DNA of 34,048 bases from Defluviitaleaceae bacterium (GCA_009781815.1 WQVB01000001.1:1-34048), one strand, 5' to 3'; counted from the stretch's first letter, positions 1-9,042 are shown. Program-made: numbers and translations. The notes: generated by a model from the letters alone, not told the origin.

Positions 1-773
1 ACATTGCCCACAACGCCGCTTATGATATATAGCAACAAAAACTTAAAAGAGCCCACATGCCTTTCTAGCTTGCTGCCCGCTATCCAAATCCAAGTGGTGT
101 TAAAAAACAAATGCACAAAACCAATATGCAAAAAAATAGGTGATACAAGGCGATAAAGCTCTAAGTTTGTAAAGGTTAGGTGATAATGTGCAGCTCCAAA
201 GCGAAGCAAGGTAGCCACATCTTGCGACCCGCCATTGGTTTCTAACACTATAAACATTATAATATTTATAGCTATAAAAAGGCATGAGAAAATTGGAAAC
301 TTTGCAGGGGCAAGCACCTTATCTTTCAAAGTTTTAGCCCCTTCACCCTCAAGAGCCTCCTCTATTTTATCAAGAGCTTTGTTAACCTTTGCCGAACCTT
401 TTGGATTGTAACGCACTCGCAGCCCATCCACAGCAAAAAACACATCATGCTGCCCGCCGTTAATGGGGTCAAAGCTTTCTTGAGCGTTAATGTGGGGGTA
501 TTCACCCTCGCCAAAAAATATATTAAAAATAACCCAATACCTTGGTGTTCGGGGCAGTTGTTTTAAAAGCTCCATAACTAGGCTGTCTACTATGGCTTTT
601 AGGCTCTCTGCATCTTTATCTTCCATATTGTAGCTTATATAAATATGCACTCCCACGTGGCTTTCTCCTGCCCATAGGTTCAGAAAAGAGACAGGCGTTC
701 TCACTTCAACATAACCTGCCCTCTTCAAAATTGCATCTAATGAAATTGTAAAATCATCATATGTTTTTTTCAT
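1..773 (-). CDS. Rhomboid-family intramembrane serine protease (partial; C-terminal part lies beyond the left edge)
   Basis: Not in the ORF track because it has no stop in the window. Hand translation of the minus strand from ATG 773-771 stays open to base 3: MKKTYDDFTISLDAILKRAGYVEV...VATLLRFGAAHYHLTFTNLELYRLVSPIFLHIGFVHLFFNTTWIWIAGSKLERHVGSFKFLLLYIISGVVGN. The YRL..P.FLH.G..HL.FN then LE...G..KFL.LY..SG..GN pattern is the rhomboid TM2-TM3 signature. Confidence 0.75.
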   Translation of the reverse strand, partial: MKKTYDDFTISLDAILKRAGYVEVRTPVSFLNLWAGESHVGVHIYISYNMEDKDAESLKAIVDSLVMELLKQLPRTPRYWVIFNIFFGEGEYPHINAQESFDPINGGQHDVFFAVDGLRVRYNPKGSAKVNKALDKIEEALEGEGAKTLKDKVLAPAKFPIFSCLFIAINIIMFIVLETNGGSQDVATLLRFGAAHYHLTFTNLELYRLVSPIFLHIGFVHLFFNTTWIWIAGSKLERHVGSFKFLLLYIISGVVGN

Positions 774-788
774 TGCATAAAAAGCTTT

Positions 789-1073
789 CTAAGCAAAAAA
801 GTTTATTCCATACATCATCAATATACCAGGTGCACCTAAAAACGTAGCAATGCCCATTGTAAAAAAGTTTACACCAGGGGTTGATATGCCTATGTTAAAG
901 GTATATATCAAAAGGTTTATGCCCCACATAACCCCCATGCCAACCACACCTTTAGATGTAAAAATCAAGGCTTTTTTCATACGTTTTGTAGCCAGCAAAA
1001 TGCCTATTATAACTATAGCAAAAACAGCAGCCCAAAACAAAATGTTTTGGCTAAGGTTTTGAAGAATATCCAT
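789..1073 (-). CDS. bofA: BofA-family pro-sigma-K processing inhibitor (small membrane protein)
   Basis: 94 aa with 2-3 TM segments and a C-terminal GI..PGVN....GIATFLGAPGI motif like B. subtilis BofA. It sits directly downstream of a yaaL-like gene, as in the Bacillus recR-yaaL-bofA arrangement. Confidence 0.6.
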   Translation of the reverse strand: MDILQNLSQNILFWAAVFAIVIIGILLATKRMKKALIFTSKGVVGMGVMWGINLLIYTFNIGISTPGVNFFTMGIATFLGAPGILMMYGINFFA

Positions 1074-1155
1074 TTCTTTTGCTCCCTCTTTGATTTATAC
1101 TACTCTCAATCTAAAACCTATACAAGATTGGATGGGTTTTGGTTTGGGGATAGTA

Positions 1156-1443
1156 TTAAAACATGGCAGACACAATATCTCTTTCTTTACACAGCTGCAA
1201 GTAAAATTTATATCGAGTGTTTAAGGCATTTATCTCGTATATAAAGCTGTCTATTAAGTCAGGGTCTGTAACCATATCTAAAGAGGCATGGATAAGCTCA
1301 AGGTCGCTTTTTATTTTCTCAAGGGTGGTTAAAATGAAAATATCTTCTTTTGATAGAGATAGGCTTTGCCGCTTTTTATCTAGGGCAACCCTTCTCTTTT
1401 TTGGCTTTTTCTCTATTGGAAAGTTATATGCTTCTGCACTCAT
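1156..1443 (-). CDS. yaaL: YaaL/DUF2508-family small protein
   Basis: The ORF-track frame is trimmed to ATG 1443 (MSAEAYNF...), which has AGGAGG 7 nt upstream. The C-terminal LID..IYEINALNTRYKFYL.L motif and the position upstream of bofA fit DUF2508. Confidence 0.55.
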   Translation of the reverse strand: MSAEAYNFPIEKKPKKRRVALDKKRQSLSLSKEDIFILTTLEKIKSDLELIHASLDMVTDPDLIDSFIYEINALNTRYKFYLQLCKERDIVSAMF

Positions 1444-1545
1444 AATGCATCCTCCTATATCTTCTTGTCCCATTTTTGAAAATTGGGTATAAGTAAAATA
1501 TAGTCAGAAAACTGCCTATTTATTCCAATTAGTTAAAAAGATCCT

Positions 1546-1764
1546 CTCCTAGTCGTCATCCTATTTTATATGAAAAGACACAACCGTCTCATCGTCATTG
1601 CGGACTTGATCCGCAATCCCCCACCTTCATGACGCTACTTCGACTACTAATTGTCTCACAATTGAACCCTTCAGGAAGGAAGGGGATTGCGGATCAAGTC
1701 CGCAATGACGATCTCGAGTAATCGACAAATTAGAATGACGTGAGCACGGGATGACGACTAGGAG
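1546..1764. repeat. Composite palindromic repeat locus A: family F4 unit inside outer CTCCTAGTCGTCATCC / GGATGACGACTAGGAG arms
   Basis: Outer inverted arms lie at 1546-1561 and 1749-1764. The inner unit 1593-1710 has hairpins ATTGCGGA-CTTGA-TCCGCAAT (1597-1617) and its inverse (1686-1706). Confidence 0.85.
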
Positions 1765-1787
1765 GGCGAAATAGCATCAAAGCAAAA

Positions 1788-2459
1788 CTAGGCCTTCTTG
1801 CTACCGCCCTTAAAATTAAACCGCTTTTCTTCACCCGAAAGCAGCCATTTTATATTCTTACGGTGGTTAAACACACCTACAACAGCCAGCACCCAAGCAA
1901 TCGATATAATCGTGGGGTATTCAGTGTACAAGGTGGTGGTTACAATACCGAGAGATATAAAGCCCGTAGAAGATGCCAGCGATATATAGCGTGTAGCAAG
2001 CACAATAAGGATGCAAATGCCTAAAACAATAGCTAAGATTATAGGGTCAAACATTATTAAAATGCCGATGGCACAGGCCACCCCCTTGCCCCCGTTAAAC
2101 TTTAAAAAGAAAGGGAAGCAATGCCCCATAAACACGCCAACACCAACTAAAAGCCCTGGTATGTACTCTGCCGCAGATATATCCCATATGCGGCCGCTAT
2201 ACATAAAGGCGTTGATGATAATAATAGGCGTAATGGTTTTTAAAATATCAAAAACAAGCACACAAAGCCCAGGCCTTATGCCCATTACCCTATATACATT
2301 TGTTGCCCCTGCGTTGCCGCTGCCATGCTCTTTAATGTTTATTTTGCCAAAGACCTTGGCGATAAAATAGGCAGATTGCAAAGCCCCAAAAGGGTAGCCT
2401 ATTAAAACAAAAAATGCAATATACGCCCATGTGGGCAAATCATAAACCCATTGTGCCAT
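1788..2459 (-). CDS. plsY: Glycerol-3-phosphate acyltransferase PlsY
   Basis: Polytopic membrane protein of 223 aa with the HGSGNAGATNVYR motif. It lies directly downstream of der, a common Firmicute pairing. Confidence 0.9.
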   Translation of the reverse strand: MAQWVYDLPTWAYIAFFVLIGYPFGALQSAYFIAKVFGKINIKEHGSGNAGATNVYRVMGIRPGLCVLVFDILKTITPIIIINAFMYSGRIWDISAAEYIPGLLVGVGVFMGHCFPFFLKFNGGKGVACAIGILIMFDPIILAIVLGICILIVLATRYISLASSTGFISLGIVTTTLYTEYPTIISIAWVLAVVGVFNHRKNIKWLLSGEEKRFNFKGGSKKA

Positions 2460-2464
2460 ATCTT

Positions 2465-3775
2465 TTAGCTCCTATTCTTTACTATAAAATGTATTGGGGT
2501 GCCTTTAAAGCCAAAGTTTTGGCGTATTTGATTTTCCAAATATCGTCTATATGAAAAGTGCAAAAGCTCGCTGTTGTTAACAAAAAGCACAAAAGTTGGT
2601 GGCTTGATGGATACTTGGGTCATATAATAAACCTTTAACGACACACCTTTAACCGCTGGCGGCTGGTTTCTAGCCAGCGCCTCCACAAGCACCTCATTCA
2701 AAATGCCCGTTTGTATACGCAAGCAAGCGTTAGCATATACCATGTTTATTTGCTCAAACAAGTTAGGCACACGCTGCCCCGTTAGGGCTGAGATGTAAAG
2801 CTTTGGGGCATAGGGCATATATTTTAGCCTATCTTCAATATCTGCATCATACTTTTTCATGGTTTTGTTGTCTTTTTCAACCATGTCCCACTTATTTACT
2901 ACAATAATGGCGGCTTTGCCTTTTTCATGGGCTATGCCCGCTATTTTTGTGTCTTGGTCTGTTATGCCTTCTTCTGCGGAGATAACCATGATAGCAACAT
3001 CACAACGCTCCACAGCAGATACAGCTCGTATAAGGCTATATTTTTCAATATCTTCTTTTATCTTGCTACGGCGTCGTATACCTGCCGTGTCGATAAACAT
3101 ATACCTTTGTCCATCTTTTTCGTAGTATGTGTCTACCGCATCTCGTGTGGTGCCCGCCACGTCAGACACTATAACACGCTCTTCGCCTAATATACGGTTG
3201 ATGATGGAGGATTTGCCCACATTAGGCTTGCCTATAATGGCTATTTTGATTACATCCTCATCATCTTCATATGCTTTATCTTTAGGGAAAAAGTCGCAAA
3301 CAGCATCTAGCATATCCCCCAAGCCAAGCATATTTGCAGCAGACACGGGAAAGGGTTCGCCAAGGCCTAGAGAGTAAAACTCATAAGCATGGGCATCAAG
3401 CTTAATGTCATCAAGCTTGTTAACCACAAGCACCACAGGCTTGCCGCTGCGGCGGAGGATGTTTGCGGCCTCTATATCCCCCTCCGTCAGCCCTGCTTTG
3501 CCGTCCACCACAAAAATAACCACAGTTGCCGTTTCTATAGCAAGCTGAGCCTGCACACGAATTTGCTCGGTGATGGTGTCATGCTCCGAAAAGTCAAGGC
3601 CGCCAGTGTCCACCAGCAAAAAGTTGTGCTTAAGCCAGCTGGTTTGGGTGTATAGCCTATCTCGAGTAACCCCTGGGGTGTCTTCAACTATAGACAGCCT
3701 CTCCCCCGCTATTCTATTATATAAGGTGGATTTGCCCACATTAGGGCGACCCACAATCGCTACAATTGGTTGCAT
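2465..3775 (-). CDS. der: Ribosome-associated GTPase Der (EngA)
   Basis: Two tandem GTPase domains: GRPNVGKST/DTGG/NKLD and GKPNVGKSS/DTAG/NKWD, plus a KH-like C-terminus. 436 aa. Confidence 0.95.
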   Translation of the reverse strand: MQPIVAIVGRPNVGKSTLYNRIAGERLSIVEDTPGVTRDRLYTQTSWLKHNFLLVDTGGLDFSEHDTITEQIRVQAQLAIETATVVIFVVDGKAGLTEGDIEAANILRRSGKPVVLVVNKLDDIKLDAHAYEFYSLGLGEPFPVSAANMLGLGDMLDAVCDFFPKDKAYEDDEDVIKIAIIGKPNVGKSSIINRILGEERVIVSDVAGTTRDAVDTYYEKDGQRYMFIDTAGIRRRSKIKEDIEKYSLIRAVSAVERCDVAIMVISAEEGITDQDTKIAGIAHEKGKAAIIVVNKWDMVEKDNKTMKKYDADIEDRLKYMPYAPKLYISALTGQRVPNLFEQINMVYANACLRIQTGILNEVLVEALARNQPPAVKGVSLKVYYMTQVSIKPPTFVLFVNNSELLHFSYRRYLENQIRQNFGFKGTPIHFIVKNRS

Positions 3776-3809
3776 ATTTTCTCCTTATCTTTTTGAGCCT
3801 ACCCTACAC

Positions 3810-3989
3810 CCCTACCGTCATCCCGTGCCCTCACAGTTCGTCATCCTGAGCCCTTGGTCTTCCTGCTGTCGCAGGCAGAAGGGTAAGACTTGACTCAGGA
3901 TCTAATTGGAGAAGGGCAGGCTTAGTTGGGTGTCCACTATCATACATAGATCCTGAGTCAAGCTCAGGATGACGACTAGGAAGGGTGGG
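3810..3989. repeat. Composite repeat locus B: F1 unit (3840-3973) with a 38-nt F2 insertion in its left hairpin
   Basis: GTCATCCTGAG[CCCTTGGTCTTCCTGCTGTCGCAGGCAGAAGGGTAAGA]CTTGACTCAGGATC, then the conserved spacer, then GATCCTGAGTCAAGCTCAGGATGAC. It lies between the DUF512 stop and the der start. Confidence 0.85.
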
Positions 3990-4001
3990 ATGAGGTCATT
4001 A

Positions 4002-5318
4002 TTACGCCATCAGAGCCTCCACAAAATCCAACCCTTCCCCATCAACCACAATCACTTGCCTGCCTACTTTTCGGGACAACTCCTCCAATGTCATATCATC
4101 CAAAAACACATCTTCCCCAGCCTTCAAGCAAGACGAAGGCAAAAGCACCCTCTCCCCAAGCTCCCTATCAGCCAGCTGTTTTGCAATATCCTGCCCCGTC
4201 AAAAGCCCCGCCACAGTAATATGCCTGCCATAAAAATCATTTTTAATGGCCACCACATCAATATCTTGGCTTACCTTGCCCGCCAAATGGCGTATAAAGG
4301 GAGCAGCCGCCACCCCCGTGGCAATGGTTATTTTCTCACTTGGCACAAAAGCCTTGGTATGTGCCAGCTCCTCATAAAACTCATCCTTAAAAGCCCGCAA
4401 CATGCCTATGCCATTATCTATCTGCAAAAAGTCTTCATACTCATCACACTTAGGCAACGGATGCCCTGCTTTAAGGTAAAATTCATCAGCTATAAAAACA
4501 AATCTAGTGCCTATTTCTTTAAGCAACTTGCCCTGCCAGCTGGTTATTTGCTCTATAACGGCTTGGCAACTCTCTTTATCAAAAGGCTCAAGTTGCGTAA
4601 GCCCCTCTCTATGCTTTGTCAACCCCACAGGCACAACTGCCAGCGAGCAACCCGCCCCGCCTCGAGGTATATATCTGCTTAAATCATAAATAGTTTTATC
4701 AAGGTTTTCTCCATCGTTATAGCCTTTGCAAAGCACAATCTGAAGAGAAAGTGCAATACCTCCATCAGCCAAATCCTTTAAAAAATCAAGGGAACGCCCA
4801 GCTTGAGGGTTGCCCATCATCTCTACACGGAGCTTTGGGCAAGTAGCGTGAATTGATATATTAATAGGTGAGATGCGGTGCTTTAAAATCCGCTCCACAT
4901 CAGCCTTTGTCATGTTGGTAAGGGTGATATAGTTGCCATGCAAAAACGACAAGCGATAGTCATCATCTTTAAAATACAAGCTATCCCTCATGCCTAGGGG
5001 GTTTTGGTCAATAAAGCAAAACAGGCATTTGTTGCCGCAACCTCGCATATTGTCCATCAAATCATTTTCAAAAACAAGGCCAAGCTCTTCATCCTCGTCT
5101 TTGTCAATCTCTAACAGCCATTGCTCTCCATCAGCCTTTTCTACAAGCACCTCTAAATACTCTTCACGGCAACACAGGCGATAGTCAAATATGTCAACAA
5201 TAGCAATGTCGTTAATGGATATTAGCCAGTCTCCCGCCTCAATGCCCATCTCTTCTGCTATTGATTTTTTTTCGATTTTTAAAATTTCTTTTTTCACTTT
5301 TCTTTTTTCACTTTTCAT
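4002..5318 (-). CDS. DUF512 family protein (PDZ-like N-terminus plus radical-SAM-like Cys cluster)
   Basis: N-terminal SIAEEMGIEAGDWLISIND (PDZ-like) and GCGNKCLFCFIDQ. It sits upstream of der, as is usual for DUF512 genes in Clostridia. The start overlaps the pgeF 3' end by 11 nt. Confidence 0.75.
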   Translation of the reverse strand: MKSEKRKVKKEILKIEKKSIAEEMGIEAGDWLISINDIAIVDIFDYRLCCREEYLEVLVEKADGEQWLLEIDKDEDEELGLVFENDLMDNMRGCGNKCLFCFIDQNPLGMRDSLYFKDDDYRLSFLHGNYITLTNMTKADVERILKHRISPINISIHATCPKLRVEMMGNPQAGRSLDFLKDLADGGIALSLQIVLCKGYNDGENLDKTIYDLSRYIPRGGAGCSLAVVPVGLTKHREGLTQLEPFDKESCQAVIEQITSWQGKLLKEIGTRFVFIADEFYLKAGHPLPKCDEYEDFLQIDNGIGMLRAFKDEFYEELAHTKAFVPSEKITIATGVAAAPFIRHLAGKVSQDIDVVAIKNDFYGRHITVAGLLTGQDIAKQLADRELGERVLLPSSCLKAGEDVFLDDMTLEELSRKVGRQVIVVDGEGLDFVEALMA

Positions 5319-6096
5319 TTTTAATTTTTATAAAAGCCGCCATGCCACCACGAGCCATGCCATCCCTCCTATGGGAGAAAAACAGCTGGTCATTATCATA
5401 AGTGCATAGGCCTGCAATTTCTATATTTGCGTCTATAACGCCAGCTCTAAGCAAAGAGCTGCGGCATATTTGCCACAAATCAACATTAAGCTTGTCTTGC
5501 TCATTCCTACTATTATATATGAATTCTTCGGAAAAGGGAAGTTGTTTTTTAAAAATATTTGCAACATCTTGTCCAACCACAAAATTTTTAACGGAAATAG
5601 ACGGCCCAATGCCTACCAAAACATCTTTAGGGTCGCATCCATATTGCTTTATCATAGCGGCCACCACCTTGCCTGCCATATCCTCCGCAACGCCACGCCA
5701 CCCTGCATGTGCATTGGCGGCGATGTTCTTTTTAGGGTCATAAAAAAGCAAAGGCACACAGTCGGCATAATATGTGGTTAAGGCAATGCCCGTCTTGTTC
5801 GTCATCAACCCATCTGTATCGCCATATACCCCTGCCTCGTCTACTTTGGCGATATTTGTGCCATGCACCTGCTTGGTTTTTGCCATATTGCTCATATCAA
5901 AACCCAAAGCATCGCAAAGCTTTTGATAGTTGGCATCCACCGCATCTTTATCATCCCCTGTGGTGTAGGTAAGGTTTAAAGACGAATAAACCCCACTAGA
6001 CACGCCGCCCACACGGGTGGATATGCAATGGGGTATGCCTATGTCTGTTATATGCTTAAAGACAAAATATTTTAAGCCGTTTTTTTCTAAAATCAT
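5308..6096 (-). CDS. pgeF: YfiH/PgeF family (purine nucleoside phosphorylase / laccase-like) protein
   Basis: Motifs QVHG, DGLMT, YYADCVPL, AHAGWRGV. The start is moved to ATG 6096 (MILEKNG...), which has GGAGA 8 nt upstream. The 51 extra N-terminal residues in the track are a translation of repeat DNA. Confidence 0.85.
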   Translation of the reverse strand: MILEKNGLKYFVFKHITDIGIPHCISTRVGGVSSGVYSSLNLTYTTGDDKDAVDANYQKLCDALGFDMSNMAKTKQVHGTNIAKVDEAGVYGDTDGLMTNKTGIALTTYYADCVPLLFYDPKKNIAANAHAGWRGVAEDMAGKVVAAMIKQYGCDPKDVLVGIGPSISVKNFVVGQDVANIFKKQLPFSEEFIYNSRNEQDKLNVDLWQICRSSLLRAGVIDANIEIAGLCTYDNDQLFFSHRRDGMARGGMAAFIKIKNEK

Positions 6097-6130
6097 TATT
6101 TCATCTCCAATTGTCTTTGCGAGCTTAGCC

Positions 6131-6280
6131 CCACTAGTCATCCCAATTTGCTCATCTATCGTTGTAGGGAAGGGATTTATCCCTTCCGACATTATTGGAT
6201 TATCACTCACTAATCCTTCAGATAGGCAAGGCGGAGTGGATGAATCCACTCCCTACAAGGTTAAACTAAATTGACGTCAT
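6131..6280. repeat. Family F3 palindromic unit (core 6164-6256) with outer arms
   Basis: GTAGGGAAGGGATTTATCCCTTCCG, a 43-nt spacer, then CGGAGTGGATGAATCCACTCCCTAC. Outer GTCATCCCAATTTG / CAAGGTTAAACTAAATTGACGTCAT arms are related to those at 17018-17146, 18838-19032 and 23824-24010. Confidence 0.85.
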
Positions 6281-6380
6281 CCTGAGCTTGACTCAGGATC
6301 TATGTATGATAGTGGATGCCCAACTAAGCCTGTCCTGCTCCAATTAGATCCTGAGTCAAGCTCAGGATGACAACTAAGGA
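6276..6380. repeat. Family F1 palindromic unit (cleanest copy)
   Basis: GTCATCCTGAGCTTGACTCAGGATC, spacer CTATGTATGATAGTGGATGCCCAACTAAGCCTGTCCTGCTCCAATTAG, then GATCCTGAGTCAAGCTCAGGATGAC. It abuts the yraN stop codon. Confidence 0.9.
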
Positions 6381-6746
6381 TCATTCCCCAAAAACATTCT
6401 CTATATGCTCAATCTCCAAAACCTCTCGCCCAAAAACACTTAAAACATCAAAACGGCAGGCTGCATCCCACTTTTTCTCTTCATAAAGGTAGGCCTTTGC
6501 CGTCTTCACAATTCTTTTTTGCTTAGCACGGGTTATAGCCTCTAGCCCATCACCAAAGCCAGCACCACGGCGATATTTAACCTCTATAAAAACAATATAC
6601 TCCCCATCTTGGGCTATTATATCAATTTCTCCATCATATTTTTTGTAGTTTTGCTTTAAAATTTCATACCCCTTGCCTTGCAAGTAGCCAAGCACAACCG
6701 CCTCGCCATAATTGCCCTTATCTTTGTTAGCATCCACCTCAATCAC
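6381..6746 (-). CDS. yraN: YraN family (UPF0102) endonuclease-like protein
   Basis: 121 aa with the GEIDIIA....VFIEVKYR...G motif typical of UPF0102. Confidence 0.85.
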   Translation of the reverse strand: MIEVDANKDKGNYGEAVVLGYLQGKGYEILKQNYKKYDGEIDIIAQDGEYIVFIEVKYRRGAGFGDGLEAITRAKQKRIVKTAKAYLYEEKKWDAACRFDVLSVFGREVLEIEHIENVFGE

Positions 6747-6841
6747 CTCTATCTACATTGTATCAAACTTTTAGCTTAAGGGCTAGTCTTTTTTCTTGTG
6801 AAGGGGAGTATTATTTTAATAAGAAAAGGGAGTGGGGCTAG

Positions 6842-7957
6842 ATGAAAATCAAAAAAAGTGTGTTGCCTTTGATATTGTTGGTGGCTGCTATAAATGTGTT
6901 GATTATTGCCTTTCCAAGCGTGGCTTTGCAAGGGGCGCGTGATGGGCTTTTTTTGTGGTTTAACAATGTGTTGCCTGGCATTTTACCTTTTGTTATAGGG
7001 GCTAATGTTTTAATGGCTTTAGGTGTTGTTAAGGTGTTGGGTGTTTTTTTAAACCCTTTGATGAGGTTTGTTTTTAAGCTGCCTGGCAAGGCTTGCTTTC
7101 CTTTTGCCATGGGCATGATATCAGGCTACCCCGTGGGGGCTAAAATTGTTTGTGAGATGCGTCAAAAAGGCGAGCTTAGTAAAAGTGATGCTCAAAGGCT
7201 TTTAGCCTTTACAAACAACGGGGGGCCTTTGTTTATTTTGGGGGCGGTTGGCGTTGGCATGTTTGCCTCACCTGCTTTGGGTTATCTTATTTTGATTGCT
7301 CACTATGGTGTAGCTGTTTTGATAGGCTTTACCCTATCTCTTTTCGCAAGAAAAGACAGGGATGTTGACCATGATGAAAGCTATAAAATGCTTGTTGTTG
7401 ATAAAAAGCAGCCCTTTGGCAAAGTTTTAGGGGAGGCCGTGAAAAACGCTATGGAGACAATGGTACTTATAGGCGGGTTTATGGTTTTGTTCTCCGTGGT
7501 GTCTGTCCTTTTGGTGCGGGTGGGTGTTTTAAATATTTTGCCAGAGAGTGCCTATGCAGAAGGGGTTGTAAAAGGGCTTTTAGAGGCAGCAGGGGGGGTG
7601 GCCGCCATAAGCCAAGAGGGTGCGTCTGCCTTGGCGGCAGGTATCGCTGTTGGCATCATCTCTTTTGGCGGGCTTTCTATAATGTTTCAAACCCTAAGCT
7701 TTGTAAGCAAGACGGATTTAAACCAAGGGCTTTATGTGGTTGCAAAGGTGTTTCATGGCTTTGTGTCTGCTGTGGTTGTGTTTCTTTTATATCCATTTTT
7801 TGCAGAGGCTATAGAGGCACAAGCAACACAAGCAACCTTTGCACCAACCATAACACAAACTTTTATAAGCTCTACAATAAATTTTTTTGCCTTGCTGCTA
7901 GGCCTTGGGGTTTTGTGCTTGATATTTATCTTTGTGAAGTTTTTTAAAAGAAAATAG
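6842..7957 (+). CDS. ylbJ: Sporulation integral membrane protein YlbJ (nucleoside-recognition-domain membrane protein)
   Basis: 371 aa, polytopic, with the motifs LFLWFNNVLPGILPF, MISGYPVGAK and FTNNGGPLFILG. Confidence 0.75.
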   Translation: MKIKKSVLPLILLVAAINVLIIAFPSVALQGARDGLFLWFNNVLPGILPFVIGANVLMALGVVKVLGVFLNPLMRFVFKLPGKACFPFAMGMISGYPVGAKIVCEMRQKGELSKSDAQRLLAFTNNGGPLFILGAVGVGMFASPALGYLILIAHYGVAVLIGFTLSLFARKDRDVDHDESYKMLVVDKKQPFGKVLGEAVKNAMETMVLIGGFMVLFSVVSVLLVRVGVLNILPESAYAEGVVKGLLEAAGGVAAISQEGASALAAGIAVGIISFGGLSIMFQTLSFVSKTDLNQGLYVVAKVFHGFVSAVVVFLLYPFFAEAIEAQATQATFAPTITQTFISSTINFFALLLGLGVLCLIFIFVKFFKRK

Positions 7958-7986
7958 TGCTTCGTTTAGAGCCTTAATGGCATTTT

Positions 7987-8002
7987 TGTTTCACGTGGAA
8001 CT
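7987..8002. other. parS: parS centromere-like site 1
   Basis: TGTTTCACGTGGAACT matches 15/16 positions of the Firmicute parS consensus TGTTNCACGTGAAACA (read on the other strand). It lies 270 nt upstream of soj-spo0J. Confidence 0.85.
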
Positions 8003-8066
8003 TGAGCATAACCCCGTGTTTAATGTGGGTTGATGGTGAGCAAATGGTGGTGAGCATTTGCTAATT

Positions 8067-8082
8067 CATTTCACGTGGAACA
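8067..8082. other. parS: parS centromere-like site 2
   Basis: CATTTCACGTGGAACA matches 14/16 positions of the parS consensus. It lies 65 nt after site 1. Confidence 0.75.
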
Positions 8083-8088
8083 TTTTTA

Positions 8089-8117
8089 TTGCAAACTTCG
8101 ATTTTTTATGATATGAT
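8089..8117 (+). promoter_or_regulatory. Putative sigma-A promoter of soj-spo0J
   Basis: TTGCAA (8089-8094), 17 nt, TATGAT (8112-8117). A TGTATAAT lies 3 nt further on (8120-8127). Confidence 0.3.
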
Positions 8118-8274
8118 ATTGTATAATAAGATTCATAAGAAAAAGTTTATATTATTCCACAGCTAAAGCCTTGCCAAAAATCGTAGGATTTTTTCAAGGA
8201 AGTATTGGTGTAAAAAGACAAGATTTTGCGAGGATTTTAGTTGCGGAATAGTATTATTAAAATGAGGTAGAGAA

Positions 8275-9042
8275 ATGAGTAGAATTATATCCATCGCAAA
8301 CCAAAAAGGCGGAGTAGGCAAAACAACCACGTCAATCAACCTAGCAGCCTGCCTTGCCGAAGCTGGCAAAAAAGTGCTGGTGATAGACCTTGACCCTCAA
8401 GGCAACGCCACAAGCGGCCTTGGCCTTGACAAAAACAACCTAGAAGCCACCGTATATCAACTTTTGCTTGGAGAAAAAAGGGTAGACCAAGCCATAGCAA
8501 AAACGGCTTTTGATAACCTTCATGTGCTGCCCACCAACGTAGAGCTTTCAGGTGCGGAGATTGAGCTTGTGCATTTTGAAGAGAGGGAGTTTATTTTAAA
8601 GCGTATTTTAGCAGATTTAAAATACCTTTATGATTTTGTTTTGATAGACTGCCCCCCGTCTTTAAATATCTTGACGGTAAACGCTCTATCAGCCTCTGAC
8701 ACGGTTTTGGTGCCTTTACAATGTGAATATTTTGCCATGGAGGGCTTAAGCCAGCTTATGCACACCATAGACCTTGTCAACAAAAACTTAAACAGGCGTT
8801 TGTCTCTTGAAGGGGTTGTTTTCACTATGTATGACCCTAGAACAAACCTTTCAGCACAGGTGGTAAAAGAGGTTAGAGCCCATCTTGAAGCTAATATATA
8901 CAACAGCATCATCCCCCGTAATGTGCGTTTAAGCGAGGCACCAAGCCACGGCCTGCCTATAAATGTGTATGACCCAAGGTCTAAAGGCAGCGAGGCATAC
9001 AAGGCACTAGCACAAGAAGTTATTAACAAGGAGGCAATATAG
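8275..9042 (+). CDS. soj: ParA-family chromosome partitioning ATPase Soj
   Basis: Deviant Walker A NQKGGVGKTTT and DLDPQGNAT. 255 aa, immediately followed by parB. Confidence 0.95.
   Translation: MSRIISIANQKGGVGKTTTSINLAACLAEAGKKVLVIDLDPQGNATSGLGLDKNNLEATVYQLLLGEKRVDQAIAKTAFDNLHVLPTNVELSGAEIELVHFEEREFILKRILADLKYLYDFVLIDCPPSLNILTVNALSASDTVLVPLQCEYFAMEGLSQLMHTIDLVNKNLNRRLSLEGVVFTMYDPRTNLSAQVVKEVRAHLEANIYNSIIPRNVRLSEAPSHGLPINVYDPRSKGSEAYKALAQEVINKEAI

Noticed and set aside
100-285. 61-aa minus-strand ORF from the track
   Set aside because: It is out of frame within the much longer open rhomboid-protease frame (1-773), which has clear family motifs.
2011-3893. Multiple 80-120-aa plus-strand ORFs over plsY and der
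   Set aside because: They are antisense to genes with unambiguous motifs. They are typical shadow frames.
3969-4682. 237-aa plus-strand ORF
   Set aside because: It is antisense to the well-supported DUF512 gene, starts inside repeat locus B, is low-complexity and basic (a typical shadow ORF), and has no SD.
8163-8369. 68-aa minus-strand ORF across the soj start
   Set aside because: It is antisense to the Walker-A region of soj and to the promoter region. It is an artefact.
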